NCBI RefSeq assembly: GCF_030028105.1 | Contig: NC_092377.1 | Location: forward strand, 4,903,079-4,967,078 | DNA: 64,000 nucleotides | Source of the DNA: Mobula birostris | Lineage: Eukaryota | Direction: 5' to 3' | Shown: positions 41,859-53,870 of the stretch, in pieces | Numbering within the stretch: position 1 is the stretch's first letter | How the letters are laid out: each line of letters opens with the position of its first letter | The notes under the pieces: model-generated | Database searches by the model: none | The model's input: the letters and a program-made list of their open reading frames with translations, nothing else | What the model was told of the DNA's origin: nothing | Position numbers and translations under genes: made by a program

Positions 41859-42723
41859 AGTCTCCCACCCTCCCCCTTCAATCTCAAACCCTCCCTCCCT
41901 TTTGCAGCCATAGACTACAAACTAACCCTTTCCAAGCTACTAGGCTCCTCCACACCAAAGTCCCCACCCACTCAATCCACCTCCCCCAATCAGTCCATGT
42001 CTATCCAAATACTTATACAGGACCAATAAAAATTATTTACCTCCATTGGAAGTTTTCATATTTGATTGTGCTACAATATTGAATCACAGAGCATTTTATT
42101 TTGGTTGTTTTGACACTGATCAACAGAAAAAGACACTTTTGTGTCAAAGTGAAAACAGATGTCAACAAAGTGATCTAAATTAATTACAAATATAAAGCAC
42201 AAAATAATTGACTGCCTAAGTATTTATCCCCATTAATATGACACACCAAAATCAATACTAGTGCAGCCAACTGGTTTCAGAAGTCACATAATTAGTTAAA
42301 TGGAAATCACTGTGTACATTCCAGGTGTTTCAATTGCTCGTAGTAAAAATACACCCGTATCTAAAGGCCCAGCTTCTGGTGAATCAGTGTCCTGGCAAAA
42401 ACTACACCATGAAGACAAAAGAATACTCCAAGCAACTCCATGAAAAAGGTTATTGAAAAGCACAAGTCAGGATACAAGAACATTTCCAAGTCATTGAATA
42501 TCTCTTGGAGTACAGTTAAATCAATCAAAAGAAATGGAAAGAATATAGCACAGCCATAAATCTGCCTGAGGCAGGCCGTCCTTAAAAACTGAGTGACCAT
42601 GCATGAAGGTGACTAGTGTGGGAGGCCACCAAGAGACCTATGACAACTCTGGAGGAGTTACAAGATTCACTGGCAGAGAGGGGAGAGACTGCACAAACAA
42701 CAACTGTTGCCCGGGTGCTTCAC

Positions 42724-44148
42724 TAACTTTTCCTTCAATACATTGACGACTACATTGGTGCTGCTTCCTGCACCCATGCTGAGCTCATCAATTTCATCGA
42801 CTTTACTTCAAACTTCCACCCAGCCCTCAAATTCACTTGGTCTATCTCGGACACTTCTCTTCCCTTTCTCCATCTCTCGGTCTCCATCTCTGGAGACAGA
42901 CTGTCCACTGACATCTACAAGCCCACTGACTCTCATAACTACTTCAACTATACCTCTTCCCACCCCGCCACAAGCAAAAATGCCATTCCCTATTCCCAGT
43001 TCCTCCGTCTCTGCCATATCTGCTCCCAGGATGAGGCTTTCCATTCCAGGACATCTCAAATGTCCTCTTTCTTTAAGGATCGTGGTTTCCCTTCTGCTGT
43101 CATCAATGATGCCCTCACCCGCATCTCCTCCATTTCCTGCACTTCGGCTCCCACCCCATCCTCCCGCCACCACAACAGGGACAGAGTTCCCCTTGTCCTC
43201 ACCTACCACCCCACCAGCCTCCAGATCCAGAACATTATCCCCTGCAACTTCCGCCACCTTCAACAGGTCCCCATCACTAAGACCATCTTTCTCTTTCCAC
43301 CCCTCTCTGCTTTCCGCAGGGATCGGTCCCTCCGCGACCCCCTGATCCACACGTCCCTCCCCACGGACCTCCCACCCGGCACTTATCCCTGTAAGCGTAA
43401 GTGCTACACCTGTCCCTACACCTCCTCTCTTGCCACCATTCAGGGCTCCAAACAGTCCTTCCAAGTGAGGCAACACTTCACTTGTGAGTCTGTTGGGGTC
43501 ATCTATTGCATCTGATGTTCCCGGTGCAGCCGCCTCTACATCGGTGAAACCCGACGCAGATTGAGGGACCGCTTTGTCGAGCACCTCCGCTCCATCCACC
43601 AAAACAGACAGGATCTCCCAGTAGCCACCCACTTCAACTCTGCTTCACATTCCCATTCAGATATGTCCATACATGGCCTCCTCTACTGCCATGATGAGGC
43701 TAACCTCAGGTTGGAGGAGCAACACCTCATATACCGTCTAGGTAGTCTCCAGCCCCTTGGTATGAACATAGAATTCTCCAACTTCTGGTAATTCCCTCCC
43801 CCTCCCTTTCTCTAACCGTATTTCACTCTGCCCCCTCCCCCAGCTGCCTATCACCTCCCTCTTGGTTCCCCCTCCTTCTACTACCCATTGTGGTTTTCCC
43901 TATTCCTTCTTCACCTTTCCTGCCTTATCACCTCCCTGCTTCTCCTCCCCCACCCCTTTATCTTTCCCCTTACTGGTTTTTCACCTGGAACCTACCAGCC
44001 TTCTCCTTCCCACCTTCCCCCCGCCTTCTTGATAGGGCCTCTGCCCCTTTTCTCTACAGTCCTGACGAAGGGTTCCGGCCCGAAACGTCAACTGATCTTT
44101 TCCATGGATGCTGCCTGACCTGCTGAGTTCCTGCATCGTGGTGTGAGT
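42724..44148 (+). mobile_element. Penelope-like element (RT from YIDD, GIY-YIG, pLTR)
   Basis: YIDD at 42739-42750, YKPTDSH, GVIYCI.CSRCSRLYIGETRRRLRDRFVEH. Highly similar to 20818-22290. Confidence 0.92.
44057..44094 (+). ncRNA. Minimal type I hammerhead ribozyme motif in the Penelope pLTR
   Basis: cagtc CTGACGA A GGG ttccgg CCC GAAA CGT C aactg: helix I cagt/actg, helix II GGG/CCC, palindromic ACGT helix III. Predicted cleavage after C44089. Confidence 0.65.
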
Positions 44149-45709
44149 CAGGCATAGAGATGACTCTGAAATCAGCTGGAAGAAGGGCCTGATGAAATCA
44201 AAATTGAGATTTTGCCCATCAGACTAAATGTTATGTTTGGAATAAGCCAAACTCAGCACATCATCAGAAACACACCATCCCTGCCATGATGCATGGTGGT
44301 AGCTGCATCATGTCGTGGGGATGCTTCACTGTAGCAGGCCCTGGAAAATGAATGCAGGAAAGTACAAGGAAATCCTTGTGGAAAACATGATTCAGTTTGT
44401 AGTAGAACTGCAACTTGGGAGAAGATTTGTTTTCCAGCAAGACAATGACACTAAGCATAAAGCCAAAGCTGCACAGGAATGGCTTAAAAACAACAAAGTT
44501 GACGTCCTGGAGTGACCAGGTCAGAGTCCAGACCTCAAACCAATTGAGAATTTGTGGCTGGACTTGAAAAGGGATGTTCACTCACAATCTAGAAAATACA
44601 AACTTGAAGGAATGAGTAATTATGCATCAGTTATTTTGTGTTTATTGACTGCAATTAGTTTAGGCCAATTTGTAGAAATTTGTTTTCACTTTGAAACAAT
44701 AAAGTCTTTTCTGTTGACCAGTGTCTAAAGACCCAAATTAAATCCTCTTTGTTTCAATGCTGGAAAACATGAAAATTTACCATACCTAAAATACCTGTAA
44801 GATCCCTTAGGATTCTCCTTCACCTTGTCTGCAACTTCATGCCTTCTTTTAGCCTTCCTGATATCTTTCTTAAGTGTTCTCTTGCATTTCTTATACACCA
44901 TAAGCACCTCATTTGTTCCTAACTGCCTATATCTGCTATACACCTTCATTCTCTGAACCAGGGCCTCAATACATCTTGAAAACCAAAGTTTCATTCACTA
45001 GCATCTGTGGCGTTAGTCACAGAGTAATACAGCATGAACACAGGCCCTTCAGCCTGACAGGTTAATGCTGACTACAGCATCCTCCCTGCTGGTCCTAGTT
45101 ACCCGCGTTTGGACCATAAACCTCCAAGCACCTATTGAAATTACCAGAGGTTGCAGTTGGAACCATCTCGACCTCTTCCTCTGACATCTCGTTCCAGGTA
45201 CTAAGTAACTCCACTGTAAAGAAGTTACCCCTCAGGTCTCTTTTAATGCCTCTTATCTTGTACCTGTCTCTTCAAGGTTTGGACTCCCCAACTCTTGGGA
45301 AACGACTGGACTGTCCAAATTATCCATACTCTTCATGATTTTGTAAACTTCTCTGAGGTCACCTCTCGTTCTCTGGTTTTTAAGTGTGGCCAATCTCTCC
45401 CTATAAATCAGGCCCTCTCATCCAGGCAGCATCCCCATCAATCTCTTCAGCACTGTTTCCAGCTTGACAATGTCCTTCTGCTAAAAGAGTGACCAAAACT
45501 GTACACAATACTCCAAGTCTCACTAATAATTTACACATGTAGAACATAATCTCTCATCCCTTACATTCAATGTCCTGTCTGATGGCTAAGCACTTTCTTC
45601 ACCAAGCTGACTTACCTGTGATGCCACTTTCAAAAAACTATACACTTGCACTCCAAAGATCCCTCTGTTCCATTACTCTCCCTGGTTCTCTACCATTCAT
45701 AGTACAAGT

Positions 45710-48700
45710 AGTACAAGGGAGGGCTTAAACTAATTTGTCAGGGGGATGGGAACCGGAGTGATAGAGCTGAGGAAGGGGAAAACAGAAATAAATCAAAGAT
45801 AGCGTGCAACAGAGATGATAGAAAAGACAGGCAGGAAATGAGGTATAATCACAGCCAATGTGATGAGTTACAGGGCAATAGAGACGTGGTGCAGTTAAAA
45901 CAGAAAGCAGCAAATACTGGACTGAATGCACGCAGCATAAGAAATAAAATGGATAATCTTGAAATTCAGCTACAGATGGCAAGTATGACATTGTGACTAT
46001 CTCTGAAACTTAGCTAAAGACTGGCTGCCTTTGGGAGCTGAATTTCCAACAACATACGATGTATTGGAAAGATAAGTTAGTAGGCAGAGCGGGTGGTGTG
46101 GCTCTGTGTATAAGAAATAATATTAAATCATTAGAAGGGGATGGTACAGGATCGGAAATTGTAGAATCTCTTTGGGTTTCATTAAAAATGGCAAGTGTAA
46201 AAGGACCCTAATGGCAGTTTAATAGAGGTCTGCAAACAGCAGCCGGGACTTAGATTACAAATTACAGCAGGGGATAGAAAAGGCATGTCAGAAAGGCAAT
46301 GTCATGATAGTTGTGGGGGATTTTAACATGAAAGTAGATTGGGAAAACCAGGCCAGTGCTGGACCTCAAGAGAGAGAATTTGTTGAATTTCTGAGTGATA
46401 GTTTTTTAGAAGAGCTTGCTGTTGAGCCCACTAGGGGATCCACTGTGCTCGATTGGGTGCTGTGCAATGATCCAGAGGTGATAAGAGAACTAAGGAACCC
46501 TTAGGGAACAGTGATCACAATATGATCGAGTTCACTTTCAAATTTCAGAAGAAGAAACTAAATTCCAATGTGTCGGAATTTCAGTGGAATAAAGGAAATT
46601 ACAATGGTGTGAGACGGGAGCTTGCCAAGGTTAACTGGAAAGGGACACTAGCAGGAGGTAGAGCAGAGCAGAAATGGCTAGTTTCTGCGAAAATTGAGGA
46701 AGTGCAAGACAGATATATTCCAAATAAGAAGAAATTTTCAAATGGAAGACGGACACTACTGTGGCTGATAAGTGAAGTCAGAACCAGAGTAAAAGCAAAA
46801 GAGGACATACAAGGAAGCCAGAGCTAATGGGAAGATAGAGGATTGGGAAGCTTTTAAAAATTTGTGGAAGGAAACTAAGAAGCTCATTAGGAAGGAAAAG
46901 ATGGATTATGAAAGGAAGAATGCAACTAATATCAAAGAAGAAACTAAAAGCTTTTATAAAGGGTAAAAGAGAGTCGAGGGTAGGTACAGGACAAATAGAA
47001 AATGATGCTGGAGATATTGTAATGAGAGATGCAGAGATGGCAGAAGAACTGAATGCATAGTTTACATCAGTCTTCACTGTGGAAGACATCTGCAGTATAC
47101 CAGACATTCAAGAGTGTCGGGGAAGTGAAGTTTGTGCAGTGAAAATTACGACTGAGAAGGTGCTCGGGAAGCTTAATGGTCTGAGGATGGGTAAATCTCC
47201 TGGACCTGATGGAATACACCCTCTGGTTCTGAAGGAAATAGCTGGAGAGATTGCGGAGGCATTAACAATCATCTTTCAAGAATCGATAGATTCTGCTGTT
47301 GTACTGGATGACTGGAAAATTGCAAATGTTACCCCACTATTTAAGAAGTGTGGGAGGCAGCAGAAAGGAAACTATAGACCTGTTAGACTGACATCAGTGG
47401 TTGGAAAGTTGTTGGAATCTACAGCTAGGGATGAGATTATGTAGTAGCTCAAGGCACATGACAGGATAGGCCAAAGCCAGCATGGTTTCCTGAAAGGAAA
47501 ATCCTGCCAGAGTAACCCACTGCAATTTTTTGAGGTAATTACAGGCAGGGTAGACAAAGGAAATGCAGCTGATGTGGTGTACTTGGATTTTCAGAAGACC
47601 TTTGACAGGGTGTCGCACATGAGGCTGCTTAGCAAGAAAAGTGCCCATAGAATTACAGAGAAGTTACTAGCATGGGTGGAGCATTGGTTGATCAGCAGAA
47701 AGTAGAGAGTGGGAATAAAGGGATCCTATTCTGGCTGACTGCTGGTTACCTGTGGAGCTCCAGAGGGTTCCGTGTTTGGACCGCTGCTTTTTACGATGTA
47801 TGTCAATGACTTGGACTGTGGAATTGATAGATTTGTGGCTAAATTTGTCAATGACACAACGATAGGTGGGGGAGCAGGTAACGTTGAGGAAACAGACAGT
47901 CTGAAGAGAGACTTAGATAGTTTAGAGGAATGGGCAAAGAAGTGGCAAATCAAATACAATGTTGGAAAGTGTATGGTCATGCACATTGGTGGAAGAAATA
48001 AATGGGATGACTATTATTTAGGTGGAGAAAGAATTCAAAATGCAGAGATGCAAAGGGACTTGAGAGTCCTTGTGCCGGATACCCTAAAGGTTAACCTTCA
48101 GGATGAGTCGGTTGTGAAGAAGGCGAATGCAATGTTGGCATTCATTTCTAGAGGTATAGAATATAGAGCAGGGATGTGATGTTGAGGCTCTATAAGGCAC
48201 TTGTGAGACCACACCTGGAGTATTCTGTGCAGATTTGGTCTCCTTATTTTGGAAAGGACATACTGACATTGGAGAGGGTTCAGATAAGATTCACAAGAAT
48301 GATTCCAGGAATCAGAGGGTTACCGTATGAGGAACGTCTGGCAGCTCTTGGGCTGTATTCCCTGGAGTTCAGGAGGATGAGGGGGGATCTCATCGAAACA
48401 TTCCGAATGTTAAAGGGCCTGAACAGATTAGATATGGCAAAGTTATTTCCCATGGTAGGGGGTCTAGGACAAGAGGGCATGACTTCAGGATTGAAGGACG
48501 TCCATTTAGAACAGAGATGCGGAGAAATTACTTTAGTCAGGGGGTGGTAAATCTGTGGAATTTGCTGCCATGAGCGGCTGTGGAGGCCAAGTCATTGGGT
48601 GTATTTAAGGCAGAGATAGATAGGTTCTTGATTAGCCAGGGCATTAAGGGGTATGGTGAGAAGGCAGGGGAGTGAGGATGACTGGAAGAATTGGATCAGC

Positions 48701-48780
48701 CCATGATTGAATGGCAGAGCAGACTCGATGGGCTGAATGGCCTACGTCTGCTCCTATGTCTTATAACTTCACTTGCCGCA
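45710..48780 (+). mobile_element. Decayed CR1 (end of ORF1 through EN, RT and 3'UTR)
   Basis: ORFs 46304-46827, 47079-47444, 47772-48179 and 48176-48550 carry CR1 motifs in order. Confidence 0.88.
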
Positions 48781-49716
48781 TCACTGAACTGCTCCCACAA
48801 GCTATGGACTCACTTTCAAGGACATAGAAACATAGAAAACCTACAGCACAATACAGGCCCTTCAGCCCACAAAGTTGTGCTGAACATGTCCCTCCCTTAG
48901 AAATTACTGGGCTTACCCATAGCTCTCCATTTTTCTAAGCTCCATGTGCCTATCTAAAAGTGTCTTAAAAGACCCTATTGTATCCGCCTCCACCACCGTT
49001 GCCAGCAGCCCATTCCACGCACTCACCACTCTCTGAGTAAAAAATTTACCTGTGGAGGCTAAGTCATTGGATGCACTTAAGGCAAAGATAGACAGGTTCT
49101 TGAGTAGCCAGGGCATCAAAGAGAATGGGAAGAAGGCAGGGGAGTTGGGATGTCTCTAAGAATTGGATCAGTCCATGATTGAATGGTGGTGCAGACTCGA
49201 TGGTCCGAATGGCCTACTTCTGCTCCTATATCTTATGGTATTATGGTCTTAAGTCCTCTGTTCCATTACACTCCCTGGTGCTCTACTGTTCATATTACAA
49301 GCCCTCTGTTTCATTACACTCCCTGGTGCTCTACTGTTCATAGTACGAGTCCTCAGCTAGAGTCACTTTCCAAAATATATTACCTCACCCTTACCTTAGC
49401 TGAAATTATAGGTTCAAAGTTCAAGTATGTTAATTATCAAAGTATGTATACATTATACAACCTTGAGATTCATCTCCTAACAGGCAGCCATGAAACAAGG
49501 AAACCCAAAGGAAACCATTAAAAAAGTGAAACACCCAGTGTGCAGAGAAAACAAAAGATATCAGGCAAACAATAAATGCAAACAAACAGTGTGCTGAACT
49601 GATCCACAGACAGAGTTTGTTCATGGACCCTTAGTACAGCACAGAGCAGAGCAACGAGCTGAACCTGCCCGACCCTCACCTCGGGCACCGACAGCCTGAC
49701 CTTTTCAATGTGGCCC

Positions 49717-50730
49717 TGTTAAAGTCGAATCTGAATAAAACTCGGGAGACCAGCTTCTTATAGTTAACAACAGTTTATTGTGCACCCTCCTGCAGGAGCT
49801 TGAGACACAGTTGTCAGAAGGAAGGCACATAAGTACTGCCACCATCCGACAAGTGGGCCTACTCTCTCTGGTTACAGCCGTATATTTATACATAGTAAGC
49901 CCCAAACATTACTGTTGCAAGATGTCATTTGAACTGGTACGCACACCACGTCTGTTGGTGTGAAACTTAGTTACAGCTAAGAGAGTCTGCTAGATCAAGG
50001 CTTAATTACAAATGGAAGTGCTATCCAGTCCTTATCACTTATTCCCTTTGCTAGGCCCTGAATTAATTACAGATGGATGTTCATTCCTGTCCTTATCGGT
50101 GAGTCCTCCTTCTTTTACTCAAACGAGTACAATGTTATCAAACTCTCAATGTCTCTCTACAAGCCGAGGAGAACTGGAAATGAGCCTGTCTTAGGTAACT
50201 GCTGAAGACAGAGTTTACTTCAGTTCAAAAATTCCTATTCAGTCCCAATTATTCTTTTAGTCAGAGGTTACATAGGTTCAAAATGATTTTTTTTATATCC
50301 CCAGTTCCTCAGCCCAGCACCAAAATCATCATCCAAGCATCAGTTTCAGTCATTTCAGAATGCTCCAGTACCTGGACCACGACGTCTCGATTCGGCCTGT
50401 ACACAACCTTTCTGATTCGTCCCAGCGCTTTAAAAACATCGGAACATCGGGTTTATCGCCATTCCTCATCCCATCGCCGATGATCCAGATCTCCTTGCAA
50501 TCAATGAGGAACCGATTGTATAGATGCTAATGTTGTGTAAATTATACAAACGGTGTCTGGAGACCAGCTGGCCAAGTGTGATTAGATTTAGTCTATAAAT
50601 TTCAATTGTAACCGTACGTTGGTGGAGACATAGTGAGGAACAGCTCCCTCTAAATTTACTAAATAAATGCAGTAACTAGTTTTGAGCTCTTTGCCTACTT
50701 TGTGTTTGATCAGTCTTAAACTCTCTAACA
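49717..50730 (-). mobile_element. Probable solo LTR, about 1 kb, antisense in intron 2
   Basis: TGTTA...TAACA ends. On the minus strand, TATAAATATA (49881-49890) is followed about 100 nt later by AATAAA (49774-49779). No TSD found. Confidence 0.55.
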
Positions 50731-53525
50731 GTAATTCATTGTAATCTGCTTCACCATCAACAAATTCCCTTAATTTAGTATCATCAGTAAGTTTGTTAAT
50801 CAGAATTCAGTCGGAGAATCGACCTGCAGCCATCACCCTCTGCTTCCTATCATTGCGCCAATTCGGAATCCATCTCTCTAGCTCCCCCTGAATCCCATGC
50901 AACCCTACCTTGCAGGCCATCCTGTTTTGTAGGAGTTTGTCAAAGGCCTTACTAAAGTCCACATAGACAACATCTACCCCTTTAGTTACTTCTTTCAGAA
51001 ACAGCAAAAATGTTGTTAAAACATGACCTCCCATGCACAAAACCATGGCCATTTCTGATCAGCCCATAAGACCATGAAATATTGTAGCAGAATTAGGCCA
51101 CTCAGCCCATCGTGTCTGCTGATAGCCGATCCATTTTCTGATCAAGCCTTGACTATCTAAGTGATGTTGGGCCATACTCTCCTCTTCAATCAGACCCTTC
51201 TTCCTCAGCTCTCTACCTCTTCCTCCCATCACCTCCCAGATTCTCATATCACCTCTAACTTCCCTCTCGCCTGGTCTCACGTGTCACCTGCAGCTTGTAT
51301 TCCCTCCCCTTCCACCTTCCTATTCTGGCTTCTTCCCCCTTCTTTCCCAGTCTCGCTGAAGGGTCTCGTCCTGAAATGTTGATTGTTTAATCCTCTCTGT
51401 GGATGTCCCCTGACCTGCTGAGTTCCTCCACCACTGAGTGTGTTGACCCTCAGAATTCCCTCCAGTAACTTTCCTATCACAGAATTCAGGCTCACCGGCC
51501 TGTAGTTCCCTGGCCTACCACACTAGCCTTCTTGAACAATGGAGCAACACCAGCCACCCTCCAGTCTTCTTGACTGTCCCACTATAGGAGATATCATTTC
51601 CACGTCCAGCCTAAATAGGCCTTACAGTATTTGATAGGTTACAGTGAGATCCCCCTTCATTCTACTAAACTCCTATGAGTACAAGCCCAGAACCACAAAT
51701 GTTAACCTTTTCATTCCTGGGATCATTCTCATGAATCTCCTCTACAATGCCAGCACATCCTTTTGTAGATAAGGGCCCAAAACTGCTCACCATCTTCCAA
51801 GCAACACACAGGAAATGCTGGAGGAACTCAACTGGCCAGGCAGCATCTGTGGAGAAAAGTACAGTCGTCGTTTCGGGCTGAGACCATATTCCCAAAGCAG
51901 TCTGACCAATGCCCGAATCAGACTCAACATTGCACCCTTTGAACAAGTATTGTGTACAGTTCCGGTCACCTACCCTCAGTTTGAAAGAGTGCAGACAAAA
52001 TTTACACAGGTGTTGCCAAGACGAATATCAGAGTTGTATTGTACTGTATACTTCAAAAATAAAATCAACCTTTGAACCAGGACTTGAGGACCTGAGGAAC
52101 AGGGAAAGGTTGAATACATTAGGATTTTATTCCCTGGAGCATAGATTTGATGGAGGTACACAAAATTATGAGGGGTATAGACAGAGTAAATGCAAACATG
52201 TTTATTCCACTAAGATGAGGTAAGACTAGAACTGGAGGTCATAGATTAAGGGTGAAAGGTGAAATATTTAAAGGGGAACTGAAGAGAAACTTCTTCTTTC
52301 AGAGGATTCTGAGAAGGTGGATTGAGCTGCCAGTGAAAGTGGTGGATTACGCTCAGTTGCAACTTTAAGAGAAGTTTGGATAGAAACATTAATATAACAG
52401 GTCTGGAGGGCTGTGCTCTGGGTGCTGGTAGATGGGTCTAGGCAGAAAATCAGGTTGGCACAGACTAGAGGAGCTGAAGGGCCAGTTTTTGTGCTGTATT
52501 GCTCCATGACTCCAAGTCATGTTGCAGATATATGAAGTTTGAGTCAGATCCACTTTGGGTATTGCATACAGTTCCCTTGTAGTAATGATGTGAAGACTGT
52601 GGAAAGACTGCAGACCAGGTTCACTGGGACGCTGCCTGGATGAGAGGGAATGAATTACAAGGGAAGCTTGGTCAATCTTGGGTTGTTCTCCCTCGTGGTA
52701 GAAATGTCAAACACCAGACATGATTTTAAGTTTCGAGCAGGGGACAGTTTAAAGCTCATGTGAGGGACGAGTTTATATGTACATAGGCAATGAGCGAAAC
52801 AGTTCTGAATTGTCTTACTGCTTATTTCTCATCAACTATCAGTGACAATATCACTGCTTTTTGAACAAAAGCACATGCTTTGATGCGACTTAAAAACTAT
52901 TCACTCAAAGCAGTGTTGTGTAACGATCTTACAAGTGCACGCTACTGACACTCGTTACAAACCGTTAAGCAACAACTTACTGTCCCAATGAATCAACATA
53001 GTGTCCCAAATAAACAAAGTGAATCCTGGCAATTTTCTCAATTAGTTTTTGTTATTTAAGAGATGTCCCAAATAAATAGCTCCCTGATTAACCGACAGCC
53101 CAGTGAACCAGAATCTGCTGTATCTGTCTGGAACAGGTTACTGAGATAGTAGTGGAGAAGGGAGTTTGTTTGACTTTAAGAGAATGTTAGATAGACACGT
53201 GAATACAAAGGGAATGGAGGGATATGAATGATACATAGGAGGAGGATATTTAACATAAATGAGCATCAACATCATCACAACATCAAGGCCAGATGTCCTG
53301 TCCAGTTCTGTACTGTCCCAGGTTCAATTCGAAGTGGGTGGTCATTACCTGAAGCACATATTTATCACCCAACCTTGGTCTCACCTGAACTCTGTAAACT
53401 CAGGAACAGCCGCAACATAATATTAATATTAGAAGCAATAAAGTGTTTGTACTTTCACAAGAGGTCATGTAACAAAAGATGTCTGCTTCAAGCTGGGGTT
53501 GAAATGACGATATTCTCCCTTACAG

Positions 53526-53870
53526 GTGCAGACGTTCCTGTCCTTATCCAGTCCCCGAGCATACAGCGTGTCACTAAGGGTCACACGGCGTGGTTATGGT
53601 GTACCATGAGCAAAGCCAGGCTGGAAGACACCGACGTCCACTGGTATCGGAAACTACCTGGGCAGAACATGGAGTGGGTTTTAACACACAGGGCAGGAGG
53701 CAGCCCAGAGTGGGGACAGGGTTTCACTGGGAGGTTCCAGTCCTACAGAGACACGTCCAACAGCAGCTTTACCCTGACAGTCACAGACGTGGTGCACAGT
53801 GATTCTGCCGTCTATTACTGCAGAGTGTGGGGAGACATCAACGGTAACGGCACCCAGCTCATCGTAACCA
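53526..53870 (+). CDS. Exon 3: V-set Ig domain 2 with germline-joined J-like strand
   Basis: Acceptor ttctcccttacag| and donor ACCA|gtgagtac, 345 nt, phase 1-1. Reads ADVPVLIQSP...LWC...VHWYRKLPGQNMEWVL...GFTGRFQSYRDTSNSSFTLTVTDVVHSDSAVYYCRVWGDINGNGTQLIVT. Confidence 0.93.

Larger units (their letters stand above)
36854..41983 (-). mobile_element. Near full-length Nimb/I-group LINE (gag-like ORF1; EN-RT-RNase H ORF2), 11-bp TSD
   Basis: TSD CCCCAATCAGT at 36843-36853 and 41984-41994 inside a CR1 remnant. (GAA)n/(TAA)n 3' tail near 36855-36880. The two ORFs are listed separately. Confidence 0.9.
42018..44797 (+). mobile_element. Tc1-type DNA transposon, decayed, interrupted by a Penelope element
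   Basis: TA|CAGG...CCTG|TA ends. Remnants of the paired-like N-terminus (MKTKEYSKQL...GYKNISKSLNI...GRP) at about 42410-42720, and of the DDE domain (FVFQQDNDTKH, QSPDLKPIENLW) at about 44160-44590. Confidence 0.85.

Noticed and set aside
49250-49350. About 48-bp direct duplication with an ORF repeat (SPLFHYTPWCSTVH x2)
   Set aside because: Local duplication of a minus-strand CR1 fragment (similar text at about 45660-45710). Not a CRISPR-like array or coding repeat.
50305-50483. Possible C-domain exon (acceptor tttttttatatccccag, VPQPSTKIIIQ...)
   Set aside because: No Ig C1 Cys/Trp spacing, it stops after about 59 codons with no donor, and it lies inside the LTR-like element.
53228-53525. 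About 100-aa N-terminal extension of V2 in the ORF track
   Set aside because: Intronic read-through upstream of a clear acceptor, partly CR1 3'-derived, and without signal-peptide character.
53795-53801. CACAGTG heptamer inside V2 framework 3
   Set aside because: No ACAAAAACC-like nonamer at 12 or 23 nt, and it lies upstream of the YYC codons (encoding H-S-D), not at the V-J junction.
30605-53870. Interpretation as rearranging TCR/IgL V segments or shark NAR-TCR
   Set aside because: The J strand is already fused in the germline, no RSS flank either V, no separate D/J segments or C exon were found, and a TM exon follows directly.
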